In this document: piece after piece, positions 9,273 to 19,452 of the stretch
How the letters are laid out: each line of letters starts with the position of its first letter
Position numbering within the stretch: the stretch's first letter is position 1
Assembly: GCA_963662465.1 (NCBI GenBank)
Contig: OY759599.1
Location: 5,696,001-5,760,000 of the forward strand
Source: Desulfatiglandales bacterium
GTDB lineage: Bacteria; Desulfobacterota; DSM-4660; Desulfatiglandales; Desulfatiglandaceae
Reading direction: 5' to 3'
Length of the DNA: 64,000 nt
Position numbers and translations under genes: made by a program
Notes under the pieces: generated by a model
What the model was told of the DNA's origin: nothing
What the model saw: only the letters and a program-made list of their open reading frames with translations
The model's database searches: none

Positions 9273-12200
9273 TTAATCGTTCCAAAGCGTTTCCATGAGG
9301 GGCTCATAAAGCTTTTCGGCCAAGATTTCGAAACGGCCGTTTTCAGCCTGCCAAAGGGCGTCAAAATCCGGGTAACATCGTTTTAAATAGACCCCGTCCC
9401 TGTACCCCAGTTCTCCGGGAAAATGGTAGCCATCCCCCTCATAGGCTTTTCGGGCGGCCTCCCATGCCTTTTGCGGGGCGTCTTCGCCTTTGTTGGAAAT
9501 CAACGTTTTCAGATAAGTCAGGGCTGTTTTTGCCGTCACGGGAAGGGGTTGTGAAAGCCCATGCCACCAGGTCGTTATCATCTCGGCCAGCCATTCACCA
9601 GCCTTTCCCTGATCCAGGGGGGGCAATTGCGCCAGACCATCCGGCGCCACCAGGATACTGGTGAGCGTCAATCCCCCGGCACATCCCGCCAGGTGTTTGA
9701 CCCAGAGGCCCACCAGGCTATCCGGGCGTGAAACCCTGTTTTTAGCATCCAGGATATCTTTGGGATAAAATTCCCAGCGGGCATACTCGGCAGCCGTTGT
9801 TGCGGCGGATGTTCCAGGGCTCGCCCCCCGTAAACCGTCCAGCCAGTCTTCCAGCATTTCGCAGTCGCACCCTTCGATGCCAATGGGAATACCAATTTCC
9901 AAAGGGGAACAGGGATGGAGATAACGCGCCGCCAGACCGTGATAATGTTCCAGCATGCGAAGGACCGGTTCCGTGAGTTTTTCCGCTGACAATTGCCCGA
10001 AACCGCCCGGCGGCAATTCTCCGGTGCGCTGTAGCCGCCGGGCTGCCCGGTGAACAGCTTCGGCACTTTCGGATGCGCGGACCGCCAGACCAGCGTTCAA
10101 TAATATGTTCCCAAGGTTAAAGGGCGCGAGCCCATCCAGGGCAAAGGGTTCCCGGTTGTGGGAAACGACGCCGGTGTCGTCAAAGTAAACGTTCAGTCGC
10201 TCATTAAAAAAGCCTTTTACCGGATTTTTCAAAAACCGGATCAATGGGGTCAACGCCAGACGGCTCTCCACACGGGCCGGTGAAAGGCTGCCCTGATCCG
10301 GCGTGTGATCTCGCGATGCCAACATTTCCCGCCATTCCCGGGCATATGTGAACAAATCCCGGGGGCCACCGGGCAGAAAATAGGCCTTGCTAAAGGGCTG
10401 CAGGGGGTGCGGGCAAGTCAGCTGATCCAGCAGATCCCGAGTGTCGCCCGTCGCATTCCCGCCCGGGGGGATATCCTCAACCTCCCAGCCGCCCGCCAGA
10501 TAATCTCGCAACTGAGACACCAGCACCGAAGGCATCCGCTCACTGTTGTCCGTCACATTACGTGCGATGTAACTGATATAGAGTTTTTCGCGTGCCGACA
10601 GCAGCGCCTCCAGAAACAGGTATCGGTCGTCTTCCCGGTAGGAACGGTCTCCCGGTCGGTAACGACCGGAAGCGGCCATCAAATCGAAATCCATTGGATG
10701 AATGCTGCGGGGGTATTCTCCATCGTTCATCCCCAGAAGACAGACTACTTTAAAGGGAATGGCCCGCATGGGCATGAGGGTGCAGAAATTGACCATGCCC
10801 GCCAGAAAACGCTGTGACAGGCTCCCATCCTTCATGGCGCCCAGCACAACATCGCGCACCACCGGCAGGGTCAGGGGGGCTTCCAGTCCGGCATCAGTAC
10901 AGGCCCTTTCCCAGGCTTCCAGGACCGTGTCCAGAAGGCGCCGAGTCAGTTGATCGTCGCGGGTGGTAGGCAGAAAAAAATCGGTCATTAAGGCCGCCAT
11001 ACGCGCAATCCAGTCCTTTGGGGGAGCGGGTTTGCCGAGGGTCTGCCGGTATTTTTCCAAACGATCAAGGATCGTGTGCAAAGAGCCCACAAGAGCGGCT
11101 TCCAGCCCTCCCACTTCGTCATAGGGTTCAATGTCCCGCCAGGGTTCGCCCGACCCCACGGCATATCCCAGCAACATGCGTTTCAAACCGAAGGCCCAGG
11201 TGTTTTGCCCAAAGCCGGGCGGTAAATCAAAGACCGTCCGTTGCCGTTCATCGAGCCCCCAGCGGATGCCCGCGCCGTCGATCCACCGTTGTAATTGGCG
11301 CACATCATTTTCCCCAAGGCCGAAGCGGTCGCGAAAAGCGGGCGCTTGCAGGAAATCCAGCAGATCACTTTGCGTCATGCGCGAGCCAGGCAGTTGGAGC
11401 AGCTTCTCCAAGGCCTGCAGCATGGGAAGACCGGCCCGGTCCGGCCTGTCGGCGATGGTGAAGGGAATAAACCGTGAATCCTGCCGAGGGACATTTCCGA
11501 AAACGGATTCGATATGCGGCGTGTAGGCATTCACGTCAGGGGCCATGACGATAAGGTCTTTGGGCTTTAGCCCTTTGTTTCGGTTGAAGAGGTCCAGCAG
11601 TTGGTCCCGCAGAATTTCCACTTCCCGTTGACGGCTGTAGGCCAGCTGAAAGCTGATGGAGCGATCATTAGGGGATATTTTCGCTTTGTTTTGGCCGACG
11701 CCGGGCAGCGGCTCTAATTCAAGGATCGCCTGCTGGACCTGCTGCAACAAAGACGCCTTGAGATCTTCCGTCACAAAATCGTTAAAAAGATCAATTTGGG
11801 CAAAGCTGTTCCGGTACGACTCGGGCTGATCATATCCATACAACAGACCGATATAGTCCCGTCCCTGTTTTCCCCAGGAGGCCAGCAACGGATTGACATG
11901 CTGGTGCAGAGATTCCGGACTCATGTCTTTTAGAATGGGGCCTTTGCCGGCATGGCGCGCCTGTTCGATGCGCAGCAGGTCTCGGTCTTCAATGATGTCG
12001 GCCCAGTAATACCGGCAGGGGTTGTGAACAAAAAAAAGAACCTGGCTGTGTCGGGAGAGGGCATGCAATGCTTCCAGGGCCTGTTTCGGCAGGGTGCTGA
12101 TGCCGAAAACCATCACGCGGCGGGGCAGGGAACCCGGCCGTTTTGAAAGGACGCGGGCAGATGCCAGAAAGCGTCGATGTAAACTGGAACGGCTGGTATC

Positions 12201-12809
12201 TCTTTCAGATGCGGGGACATCGGACTGGATCCGGCGCCACAATTCCGCCTGCCAGCCTTGCCCCGGCGGCAGGGGGTCCGGTTTTCCATAAACAGTTTGA
12301 AGCTGGTCCCGGCCGAGGGTCCAATCCTCCAGCCAGTCGGCCCTGTACACTTGATACTGGTCATACAGGTCCGCCAGGCGGCAGGCCAACTGGTATTGTT
12401 TGCGCAAATCAGGATCATCGGACAAAAATCGGGCAAGGGGCGAAAAACCGTTTTCCGCGGGTAACAGGGGCAGCAACCGCATCAACCGCCATTTCAGCCG
12501 CTCTTTGTCATAGGGGGATTCCAACGGAATAGCATTGTCTCCCAGAACCGCCCGATAGGCCTTCCATAGAAAGCGCGCGGGCAGCTCGAAAGACACGGCC
12601 GCACTGATGCCGCACCCCTCATTTTCAGCCAGCGCCAGCTTGAGCCATTGGGCCATGCCGTTGCTCTGTACAATAAACGTTTCGTTTTCAAGGGGCGCAA
12701 GGGGATGTTTGCAGACCCATGAAACGGCAATTTTTCGCAAATCTTCCATACGATTGGAATGGATGACGGTAAAGCCGGGCGGCAATTCCGTTTCTTTTCG
12801 ATCAATCAT
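9273..12809 (-). CDS. recC: Exodeoxyribonuclease V gamma subunit
   Basis: 1178 aa. Motifs HSNRMEDL, IVQSNGMAQWL, DLYDQYQVYRADW, NPLLASWGKQGRDY, CTLMPMRAIPFKVVCLLGMNDGEYPR and EDDRYLFLEALLSAREKLYISY. Confidence 0.96.
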   Translation of the reverse strand: MIDRKETELPPGFTVIHSNRMEDLRKIAVSWVCKHPLAPLENETFIVQSNGMAQWLKLALAENEGCGISAAVSFELPARFLWKAYRAVLGDNAIPLESPYDKERLKWRLMRLLPLLPAENGFSPLARFLSDDPDLRKQYQLACRLADLYDQYQVYRADWLEDWTLGRDQLQTVYGKPDPLPPGQGWQAELWRRIQSDVPASERDTSRSSLHRRFLASARVLSKRPGSLPRRVMVFGISTLPKQALEALHALSRHSQVLFFVHNPCRYYWADIIEDRDLLRIEQARHAGKGPILKDMSPESLHQHVNPLLASWGKQGRDYIGLLYGYDQPESYRNSFAQIDLFNDFVTEDLKASLLQQVQQAILELEPLPGVGQNKAKISPNDRSISFQLAYSRQREVEILRDQLLDLFNRNKGLKPKDLIVMAPDVNAYTPHIESVFGNVPRQDSRFIPFTIADRPDRAGLPMLQALEKLLQLPGSRMTQSDLLDFLQAPAFRDRFGLGENDVRQLQRWIDGAGIRWGLDERQRTVFDLPPGFGQNTWAFGLKRMLLGYAVGSGEPWRDIEPYDEVGGLEAALVGSLHTILDRLEKYRQTLGKPAPPKDWIARMAALMTDFFLPTTRDDQLTRRLLDTVLEAWERACTDAGLEAPLTLPVVRDVVLGAMKDGSLSQRFLAGMVNFCTLMPMRAIPFKVVCLLGMNDGEYPRSIHPMDFDLMAASGRYRPGDRSYREDDRYLFLEALLSAREKLYISYIARNVTDNSERMPSVLVSQLRDYLAGGWEVEDIPPGGNATGDTRDLLDQLTCPHPLQPFSKAYFLPGGPRDLFTYAREWREMLASRDHTPDQGSLSPARVESRLALTPLIRFLKNPVKGFFNERLNVYFDDTGVVSHNREPFALDGLAPFNLGNILLNAGLAVRASESAEAVHRAARRLQRTGELPPGGFGQLSAEKLTEPVLRMLEHYHGLAARYLHPCSPLEIGIPIGIEGCDCEMLEDWLDGLRGASPGTSAATTAAEYARWEFYPKDILDAKNRVSRPDSLVGLWVKHLAGCAGGLTLTSILVAPDGLAQLPPLDQGKAGEWLAEMITTWWHGLSQPLPVTAKTALTYLKTLISNKGEDAPQKAWEAARKAYEGDGYHFPGELGYRDGVYLKRCYPDFDALWQAENGRFEILAEKLYEPLMETLWND

Positions 12810-12999
12810 GGCGGGGATTTTCTCCCAGTGGGTTTTGTGGGAACCATTTTGCCTCGTCTGAATTTCTAAAACCGTGACGGCTTACTTTCAGATTATTTAT
12901 GCTTTTATGCTCAAAAAGGGAAAGAAAAAGTTGTGAAATTCATAAAACATTTTCCGTAAGCATTCAGGACCTGCCCCCTTAACCGACTCAGAATTCAGA

Positions 13000-13028
13000 T
13001 TGACAACACACCAGCGAAAACATACGCT
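13000..13028 (+). promoter_or_regulatory. Putative sigma70 promoter of mscS-family gene
   Basis: TTGACA (13000-13005), 17-nt spacer, TACGCT (13023-13028). Confidence 0.5.
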
Positions 13029-13099
13029 CATGTACATGCTTTTTCTGGAAGATATCCGGGAGGGGTATGTGTAAAAGCGGAGATACCCTGGAGTAAAGA

Positions 13100-14248
13100 A
13101 TGGACCAATGGAAAACATTCTGGGCCATTGTTGTGGATGTGTGGGAACATGGTCTTTACGGCATCGATATCGGACGGATTACCGTGGCCGTCTTCATTGT
13201 TCTCGGATTTCTAATCATTCGGCGTTTGTTTTCCCGAATTGTCGTTCAGAGGATCAGTCTGCTCACTCAAAAGACATCGACGCCTTTGGATGACAAGGCC
13301 CTGGCGGTTCTTCAAAAGCCTGCCGGTTTCATCCCTGTTGTGCTGGGGGTCTATTTTGCAACGGACTATCTCAATCTTTCGGGGGACCTGGAAATCTTTG
13401 CGGACCGGTCGATCCGTTCCCTCATCGTGTTTGTCATCTTCTGGAGCCTGGTCAGACTGCTCCAACCCCTGTCGGTATTGTTGCGGGGCCTGGAAAAGAT
13501 TTTATCCACGCCCATGGTGGATTGGCTCATCAAGACCGTCAACATTGCCTTCATCTTCATCGGCGGCGCCACAATTCTGGAGATCTGGGGAATCAGGATC
13601 GGTCCCATCATCGCGGGCTTCGGGCTCTTCGGGGTGGCCGTGGCGCTGGGGGCGCAGGATCTTTTCAAGAACCTCATCTCGGGAATCCTCGTCATCGGGG
13701 AGAAGCGGTTCCATCCCGGGGATTGGATTCGGGTTGACGGCGTGGTGGAGGGAACCGTGGAAACCATCGGGTTTCGGTCCACCGTGGTGCGCCGATTCGA
13801 CAAGGCCCCGGTCTTCGTGCCCAATTCCAAACTGGCGGACAATTCAGCCATCAATTTCTCCGCCATGACCCACCGGCGAATTTATTGGGTCATCGGGGTG
13901 GAATATCGAACCACCATCGACCAGCTCCGAACCATCCGGGACCAAATCGAAGCTTATATCCTTGAATCCGAAGCATTCGCCCATCCCCCCGAAGTTCCCA
14001 CCTTCGTTCGCATCGACCGTTTCGCAGATTCCGCCATCAACATCATGCTCTACTGCTTTACTCACACTACGGTCTGGGGAGAGTGGCTCGAACAGAAGGA
14101 ACAGCTTGCCTACCGGGTCAAGGAAATCGTCGAAGGCGCCGGGACGGGATTTGCCTTCCCCAGCCAATCCGTGTACGTGGAAGCGCTTCCGAACGACGGG
14201 CCTGAGGTCTTTGTGCCACCCGAAGAGATCAAGAAGGTTTTTTCATAG
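13100..14248 (+). CDS. MscS-family mechanosensitive channel (YnaI-like)
   Basis: GVAVALGAQDLFKNLISG, GTVETIGFRST, VPNSKL and FAFPSQ; several N-terminal TM helices. Confidence 0.9.
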   Translation: MDQWKTFWAIVVDVWEHGLYGIDIGRITVAVFIVLGFLIIRRLFSRIVVQRISLLTQKTSTPLDDKALAVLQKPAGFIPVVLGVYFATDYLNLSGDLEIFADRSIRSLIVFVIFWSLVRLLQPLSVLLRGLEKILSTPMVDWLIKTVNIAFIFIGGATILEIWGIRIGPIIAGFGLFGVAVALGAQDLFKNLISGILVIGEKRFHPGDWIRVDGVVEGTVETIGFRSTVVRRFDKAPVFVPNSKLADNSAINFSAMTHRRIYWVIGVEYRTTIDQLRTIRDQIEAYILESEAFAHPPEVPTFVRIDRFADSAINIMLYCFTHTTVWGEWLEQKEQLAYRVKEIVEGAGTGFAFPSQSVYVEALPNDGPEVFVPPEEIKKVFS

Positions 14249-14345
14249 CGTTATAACTCAGCACCAGATAAGACATTTTCGCGAAAAGGGCTCTATCTTC
14301 AACAATCGCTGAACCCATACGACCGGACAGGCGTGATGCCCTTTC

Positions 14346-15317
14346 TTATGCAAACACCTGTAAATCCGCAAAACACTTGAGCCCACAGAGGGACCGAGTG
14401 TTTTTCACCGCGGCAATAACCGCCCTTTCCATGACCCGCGCCGCCAGAAAACCCACCACGCTGAGGTCTGCCAAAATGGTCCCGGTTGACATGGCAAAGA
14501 TGGTGTCGCCGTCATACATGGTGTGGGCCGGTCGAATGCTGCGAGCATAACCGTTTTGCGCCATGGAGGCCAGCTTGGTGGCTTCCGTTTTGGTGAATCG
14601 GGCGTTGGTGGCAATCACCCCAATGGTGGTATTGCCGCTGAAAACATTCTTTGGGTTGGAAAATGCCTTGAGCATAATGGCTTCCGTGTCCTCGATGGTT
14701 TGCAGGTCTTCCGACAGAGGACCAGCCAACCGCTCACCCGTTTCAGGGTCTATGACATGCCCCAAGCAGTTCACCGCAACGAGGGCGCCCACCTTCAGCG
14801 TTCCCTCCTGAAGGGCATAACTTCCCAGGCCCCCCTTCATGGCCCGCGCCATCCCATGAATTTTTCCCACGCAGGCACCGGCACCGGCCCCCACATTGCC
14901 CTGGTTCAACTGGCGGGTTTCGGCGTTTATACAGGCCTGGTATCCCATTTCCTTGCCGGGCCGAATTCTGTGATCCCCTAAGGCCAAGTCAAACAGTGCG
15001 GCCCCGCACACAACGGGCACCCGGGTCACCTGCACGTCAAAACCGATCTCCCTTTCCTCCAGGTACTGCATGACACCGGCAGCCGCGTCAAGACCGAAGG
15101 CGCTTCCCCCGGCCAGAAGAACGGCGTGCGCCTGCTGCACCAGATTGACCGGGTTCAACAGATCCGTCTCCCGGGTTCCCGGAGCCCCACCCCGCACATC
15201 CACACCCACGGCAGCGCCCTCTTTGCTGATCACGACGGTAACGCCGGTGGGACCCGTCAGGTTCTGGGCATGACCCACTTGCAGGCCTTCAATTTTTGTG
15301 AATTGGATTTCTTTCAT
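14346..15317 (-). CDS. P1/S58 family peptidase (DmpA-like)
   Basis: VGHAQ...TGVTV, DVRGGAPGTRETDLL, GGSAFGL, NTTIGVIAT and PAHTMYDGDTIF. Start placed at ATG 15317; the track extension overlaps the divergent promoter. Confidence 0.88.
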   Translation of the reverse strand: MKEIQFTKIEGLQVGHAQNLTGPTGVTVVISKEGAAVGVDVRGGAPGTRETDLLNPVNLVQQAHAVLLAGGSAFGLDAAAGVMQYLEEREIGFDVQVTRVPVVCGAALFDLALGDHRIRPGKEMGYQACINAETRQLNQGNVGAGAGACVGKIHGMARAMKGGLGSYALQEGTLKVGALVAVNCLGHVIDPETGERLAGPLSEDLQTIEDTEAIMLKAFSNPKNVFSGNTTIGVIATNARFTKTEATKLASMAQNGYARSIRPAHTMYDGDTIFAMSTGTILADLSVVGFLAARVMERAVIAAVKNTRSLCGLKCFADLQVFA

Positions 15318-15403
15318 GGCTGTTGGATATATCATGCCGAGAGCCTGTTGATCAAGAGAATTGCCCTCACTTAGGGTTGCCCTTGTGACATTTCGGCTCA
15401 CTG

Positions 15404-15412
15404 TGCTACAAT
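15404..15412 (+). promoter_or_regulatory. Putative extended -10 promoter of the AsmA/DUF1318/CHAT operon
   Basis: TGcTACAAT at 15404-15412, with GTGACA about 16 nt upstream of the -10 box. Confidence 0.45.
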
Positions 15413-15430
15413 GCTTCCAAAAACGACAGG

Positions 15431-18400
15431 GTGCTTATGTTTCATCGAATCCTCAAATGGGTATTGTGGCTGACGGGCCTGCTGCTCACGATGCTGATCC
15501 TCGTGGCGGCAGGACTCTTTTTTACGCCGAACATGGTTTCCACGGACTGGTTTCGCCACCAGTTTGAAACCCGGGCCTCCAATGCACTTAAGCGGCAGGT
15601 CACCGTCAAGGAACTTCAATGGACCTGGAAAGAGGGGATCAAGATAGAAGGGCTTGAAGCGATCGATGCCCCCGAATATGCCCAAGCGCCCATCCTGTCC
15701 ATTGACTATATCCTTTTTTCATTTGATTTCCAACCGACCCGCAAACGCCTGTTCATCGATCTGGAAGTGGATGGCCTGAGGGCACATCTCATTCGAGAAA
15801 AAGACGGTCGCACCAACCTGGCGGCATGGCTGTCCCAGCTTAAACAGCCTCGGGAAACCACGGAACCCGCCCACAACGAACCAAGTAAAAAGAAGCCAAC
15901 CCCCTTTATCCTGCCCGGAGATCTTGAAGCGAAAGTCCAATTGAGCCATGCCCATATCCGGGTGGATGATCGGATGGAAAACCGGTCCCTCCATATTCAG
16001 GATGGGACGTTCAAGCTGGAAATCCCTTCGCTCCTTTCAAAACCCGTGACCCTTGTCCTCAGTTCCCGGCAGGAGATAGATGGAAAGATACTGCCGCCCC
16101 TGGCATTGACCGTTCATGTGAATCAACTGGTGAATGAAACCCATACCCTAAATCCGCAAACCGCCATAATTCAAGTCAACGGTGAATTTCCAGGGCTCAA
16201 GGTGGCCGTAAAAGGTTCACTGGCGCAAAGAGGCCTGGAAGGCAAGGTGGCGATTGATTTCATTCCCCTGGTAAAAACGGTACAGGCCTTTTTGCCGAAT
16301 ATCATTCCTCAACTTTCCGGCCGGGTTTTGCTTCAGGCAAAGGCCCGGTCTGAAAAGGAGAATGCCATCGCTTTTGACATGGTTCTTTCCGGCGAGGACA
16401 TCCTGGCCGCAGGCGGACCATTGAAAGAGAAACAGGTGGGCCCCCTTTCCTTCAATATCAGCCAGAAGGGAAGCGCCGACCTCGATGATAAAGCAGTAAC
16501 CCTTGCCGGCGGTGAAATCCGGTTCATGGAACACTGCGGTCTATTTTGGGAAGGCCGCATAAAAATGGAGGAGAAAGCAGGCGCGGATGTGAACCTGACC
16601 CTGCGCAGGGTGAATTTCGATTTAAATGAAATTCAACGCCTGGCCAAAAGGTTCATCCCCAAAGACATTCATGTGACGGGGTTAAACAATGCAGGTCGCC
16701 CCGATTTTGCTATCAATGAAATTCACCTGGTCGGCATGCTGCCTAAAGGAGAGGCACGGTTGTCCATAAAAGATCTGGACGTGAACATCTCAAGTCTGGA
16801 TCTGGCGCTTTCGGAAAGAACGCTGAAAGTCAAGGATTTGACGCTTCAAATTCCGGAAACGACGGTTCAACTAAAAAAACTGTTTCCCCAGGTACTGGAA
16901 ATGCGCGCTGAACTGGGCGTAAAAAAGGTTGGCCTATCGGGAAAACAATCCTTTTTCCTCGAAGATGGCTTGACCCTGAAAGGGCATATGAAAGAGGTAC
17001 GGCTCAACCAGCGCAATCCTCTCATGCTGGATGTGGGGGGGCTGGAAGCGGACATTCAATCGGGAGACCTTCTAACGCTTCACCTGATGGGCGCGGCTGT
17101 GGATTCCGGCATAAAAGAATTTCAAATGGAGGGGCGCCTTGGGGTAGATCTCAAGCAAGTCATGGATCTGACTCCCGCCGCCTTGAAGCCGAAAGGGGAC
17201 TTCACCGGCCGCGTGGAAACGGAATGGCGCCTTCAAGGTCGACGGCCGGACGCAACAGAACTGGCAGGATTAACCGACAACGGACTCCCCCTTGAAAAAC
17301 GGCTGCAACAGATGGCCTTTCTGGAAAAACTGAATCTCAAAACACAGTTTATCAATATGGGGATAACACTCCCCCTGAAATCCGGAGAAACCCTGTCGGT
17401 CCTGAGTATCCACTCCCCAAGCCCTTTTGAGATCAGTCTCCTTGACGGCATGAAATCGGTCTTATTTGAGGGAAAAATCAACCTTGATAAAATCCAGGCC
17501 CTTCCCGCCCTGGGGAAGCTGAAGCCCCCCCAGTCCGCCGTTTTCTCAGTAAAAGGGGTGGGGCGGGATCTCAACTCCCTGGAGTTGTGGGAAACCTTTA
17601 CCGTGACCCCCCTGGCCATGGAACAGACCCTTGAACTGTCTCTGAACAAACTGAATCGCCTGCTGAGAAAAAAAGAGAAACCGGACCTTACCGCCATTTT
17701 AAAGCTTATGGAAGCGAAAATCCAAGCCGGCGTATCGATCAACTCTGGTCCCGGATTGGCCCCCTTCAGCAAAGGGCTCACCCTTAAAGGGCCTCTAAAG
17801 GGGCGTCTGGAACTGGAATTACGAGGTGGAAAAACAATTTCGGCCCAAACCTTCCTTGAAAGTGAAGGTCTGAACGTAACACTGGGGCCGAAGTTTACCC
17901 TCAACAATTTAAAAACCCATCTTCAACTGGAGAAAACTTACGACCTGGCCTTTGGACCCCCGATCGTTTCACGGGAAAACACAAAAGCCCTCTCCCGAAC
18001 GGTGCTTCAGCCCGGAATCACGTCAAGGCCTGACCTTGGATTCAACAATTCCCTTTCCCAACGGTTGGTGGAGGACCTTCGAGGTCGACTGTCCCGAAAA
18101 CCCTCCCTGTCCTTTGATTCCGCATGGCTTGCATCGGGGCCCTTTCCCATGGAAATCAACAATGCCCAACTGCAGATGCGGCTAAACCCATCCCTCCCTT
18201 CCGTGGACTATTTTCAGATGGATATCATGGGGGGAACCCTGTTGGGGGAACTGGGGATTTATGAGCGCAATGATCTTTATTTCCTCCACATGGACGGGGC
18301 TTTTTCCGGTCTGGATGTAGAGACAAGGCATGTGGAGACAAGGCATGCCTTGTCTCTACGGGGGCGGGATTCCGAGGACCTCCCGAATCAAAAGGCGGGG

Positions 18401-18853
18401 GGTGAAGACACCCGAATTTCGGGCCAGCTGTCCCTGGAAATGCCCATGGACCCCAATACCCGGACCGTGATGAACAACGTGGACGCGGTGTTTCGCCTCA
18501 CCCACATAGGACCCCGAACCCTGGAACGGCTCCTTTATGCCATGGACCCCCATGAAAACAACGAAAGCATTGTAAAACAACGGGCCCTGCTGAGAAAGGG
18601 GACGCCCCGGTGGATCGAGGTGGCCATTCGGCATGGGAATCTGTCGCTGACCGGAGATGTGACGGTGGGCGGTTCAACGATACATCTGCCCCCCATCAAA
18701 CGGTTGAACGTGACGGCCCTTCCCATTCAAAAACGAATTCAAAACCTGGCCAATACCATGGTTCCCCTGGTAAAGGGCCTGAAAATCCTTTCCGCGGACA
18801 CGCTTCGGGTGGATCAGGGCGGCGGCATAGATTTTACGGAGGCATCTCAATGA
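15431..18853 (+). CDS. AsmA/YdbH-like intermembrane bridge protein (putative lipid-transfer protein)
   Basis: Single N-terminal TM anchor followed by an AsmA-like start (FETRASNALKRQVTVKELQWTW...) and ~1100 aa of alternating-hydrophobic beta-strand pattern. Lies directly upstream of a DUF1318 gene, as ydbH does relative to ydbL. The start may be ATG 15437. Confidence 0.72.
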   Translation: MLMFHRILKWVLWLTGLLLTMLILVAAGLFFTPNMVSTDWFRHQFETRASNALKRQVTVKELQWTWKEGIKIEGLEAIDAPEYAQAPILSIDYILFSFDFQPTRKRLFIDLEVDGLRAHLIREKDGRTNLAAWLSQLKQPRETTEPAHNEPSKKKPTPFILPGDLEAKVQLSHAHIRVDDRMENRSLHIQDGTFKLEIPSLLSKPVTLVLSSRQEIDGKILPPLALTVHVNQLVNETHTLNPQTAIIQVNGEFPGLKVAVKGSLAQRGLEGKVAIDFIPLVKTVQAFLPNIIPQLSGRVLLQAKARSEKENAIAFDMVLSGEDILAAGGPLKEKQVGPLSFNISQKGSADLDDKAVTLAGGEIRFMEHCGLFWEGRIKMEEKAGADVNLTLRRVNFDLNEIQRLAKRFIPKDIHVTGLNNAGRPDFAINEIHLVGMLPKGEARLSIKDLDVNISSLDLALSERTLKVKDLTLQIPETTVQLKKLFPQVLEMRAELGVKKVGLSGKQSFFLEDGLTLKGHMKEVRLNQRNPLMLDVGGLEADIQSGDLLTLHLMGAAVDSGIKEFQMEGRLGVDLKQVMDLTPAALKPKGDFTGRVETEWRLQGRRPDATELAGLTDNGLPLEKRLQQMAFLEKLNLKTQFINMGITLPLKSGETLSVLSIHSPSPFEISLLDGMKSVLFEGKINLDKIQALPALGKLKPPQSAVFSVKGVGRDLNSLELWETFTVTPLAMEQTLELSLNKLNRLLRKKEKPDLTAILKLMEAKIQAGVSINSGPGLAPFSKGLTLKGPLKGRLELELRGGKTISAQTFLESEGLNVTLGPKFTLNNLKTHLQLEKTYDLAFGPPIVSRENTKALSRTVLQPGITSRPDLGFNNSLSQRLVEDLRGRLSRKPSLSFDSAWLASGPFPMEINNAQLQMRLNPSLPSVDYFQMDIMGGTLLGELGIYERNDLYFLHMDGAFSGLDVETRHVETRHALSLRGRDSEDLPNQKAGGEDTRISGQLSLEMPMDPNTRTVMNNVDAVFRLTHIGPRTLERLLYAMDPHENNESIVKQRALLRKGTPRWIEVAIRHGNLSLTGDVTVGGSTIHLPPIKRLNVTALPIQKRIQNLANTMVPLVKGLKILSADTLRVDQGGGIDFTEASQ
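18317..18359. repeat. REP palindrome with 15-bp tandem duplication inside the AsmA-like CDS
   Basis: GTAGAGACAAGGCAT-GTGGAGACAAGGCATGCCTTGTCTCTAC. It matches the intergenic REP at 36750-36777 and encodes VETRHVETRHALSL. Confidence 0.88.
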
Positions 18854-19452
18854 AAAAGCGCACATTCTTAAAGGCTCTGTTTCTGATCACAATCCTGTGG
18901 ACCCTGGTCGGCTGTACCCTGGCCAAAGTGGACGTCAATGTGGTCAGCGAGCGAACGGCCCTGGAAAATCAGGTTTTGGGTTCCTACAACGCCCTTTCCG
19001 ATGATGTCCTTCTGGTGGCCTCGGTCAGGGGCGTGGACCCTTCCGGCAAAATCAAAACGCCGCCTCGAAAAAGCCGTGAATATCAAAATGCCGTGGAAGC
19101 CATGGAGACCCTGGCGTTTCATGGGGATGATGTGGACGCCTTTAAGCGCCTGGGGTGGGTGGGGGAAAACAACCTTGGGTTGCTGACCCCCTTTCCCATG
19201 AACAAGGAAAAAGCACCCGATGATCTTCAGGCATTTGCGGCCCGGTATCCCCAGGGGGAGTTCGTCTCGGTGGTGGAGCAGGTGAACCGTGCCCGGGAAG
19301 TGGTCATGATGCGGGTAGTGGAAACCAATGCGGATTTTACCGAAAAAGACCTGCCCCGGATCAAAGGGGTATTTGCCAAACTCAACCGTGAAAATGCGCT
19401 GCCCGGTGAGCGGGTGCAGGAGGAGGACGGGTCGTGGACGATGATGCCTTGA
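18850..19452 (+). CDS. DUF1318 (YdbL-like) lipoprotein
   Basis: ATGA overlap with the upstream stop. MKKRTFLKALFLITILWTLVGC carries a lipobox. DUF1318-like motifs FKRLGWVGENNLGLL, VNRAR and ALPGERVQEEDGSW. Confidence 0.8.
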   Translation: MKKRTFLKALFLITILWTLVGCTLAKVDVNVVSERTALENQVLGSYNALSDDVLLVASVRGVDPSGKIKTPPRKSREYQNAVEAMETLAFHGDDVDAFKRLGWVGENNLGLLTPFPMNKEKAPDDLQAFAARYPQGEFVSVVEQVNRAREVVMMRVVETNADFTEKDLPRIKGVFAKLNRENALPGERVQEEDGSWTMMP

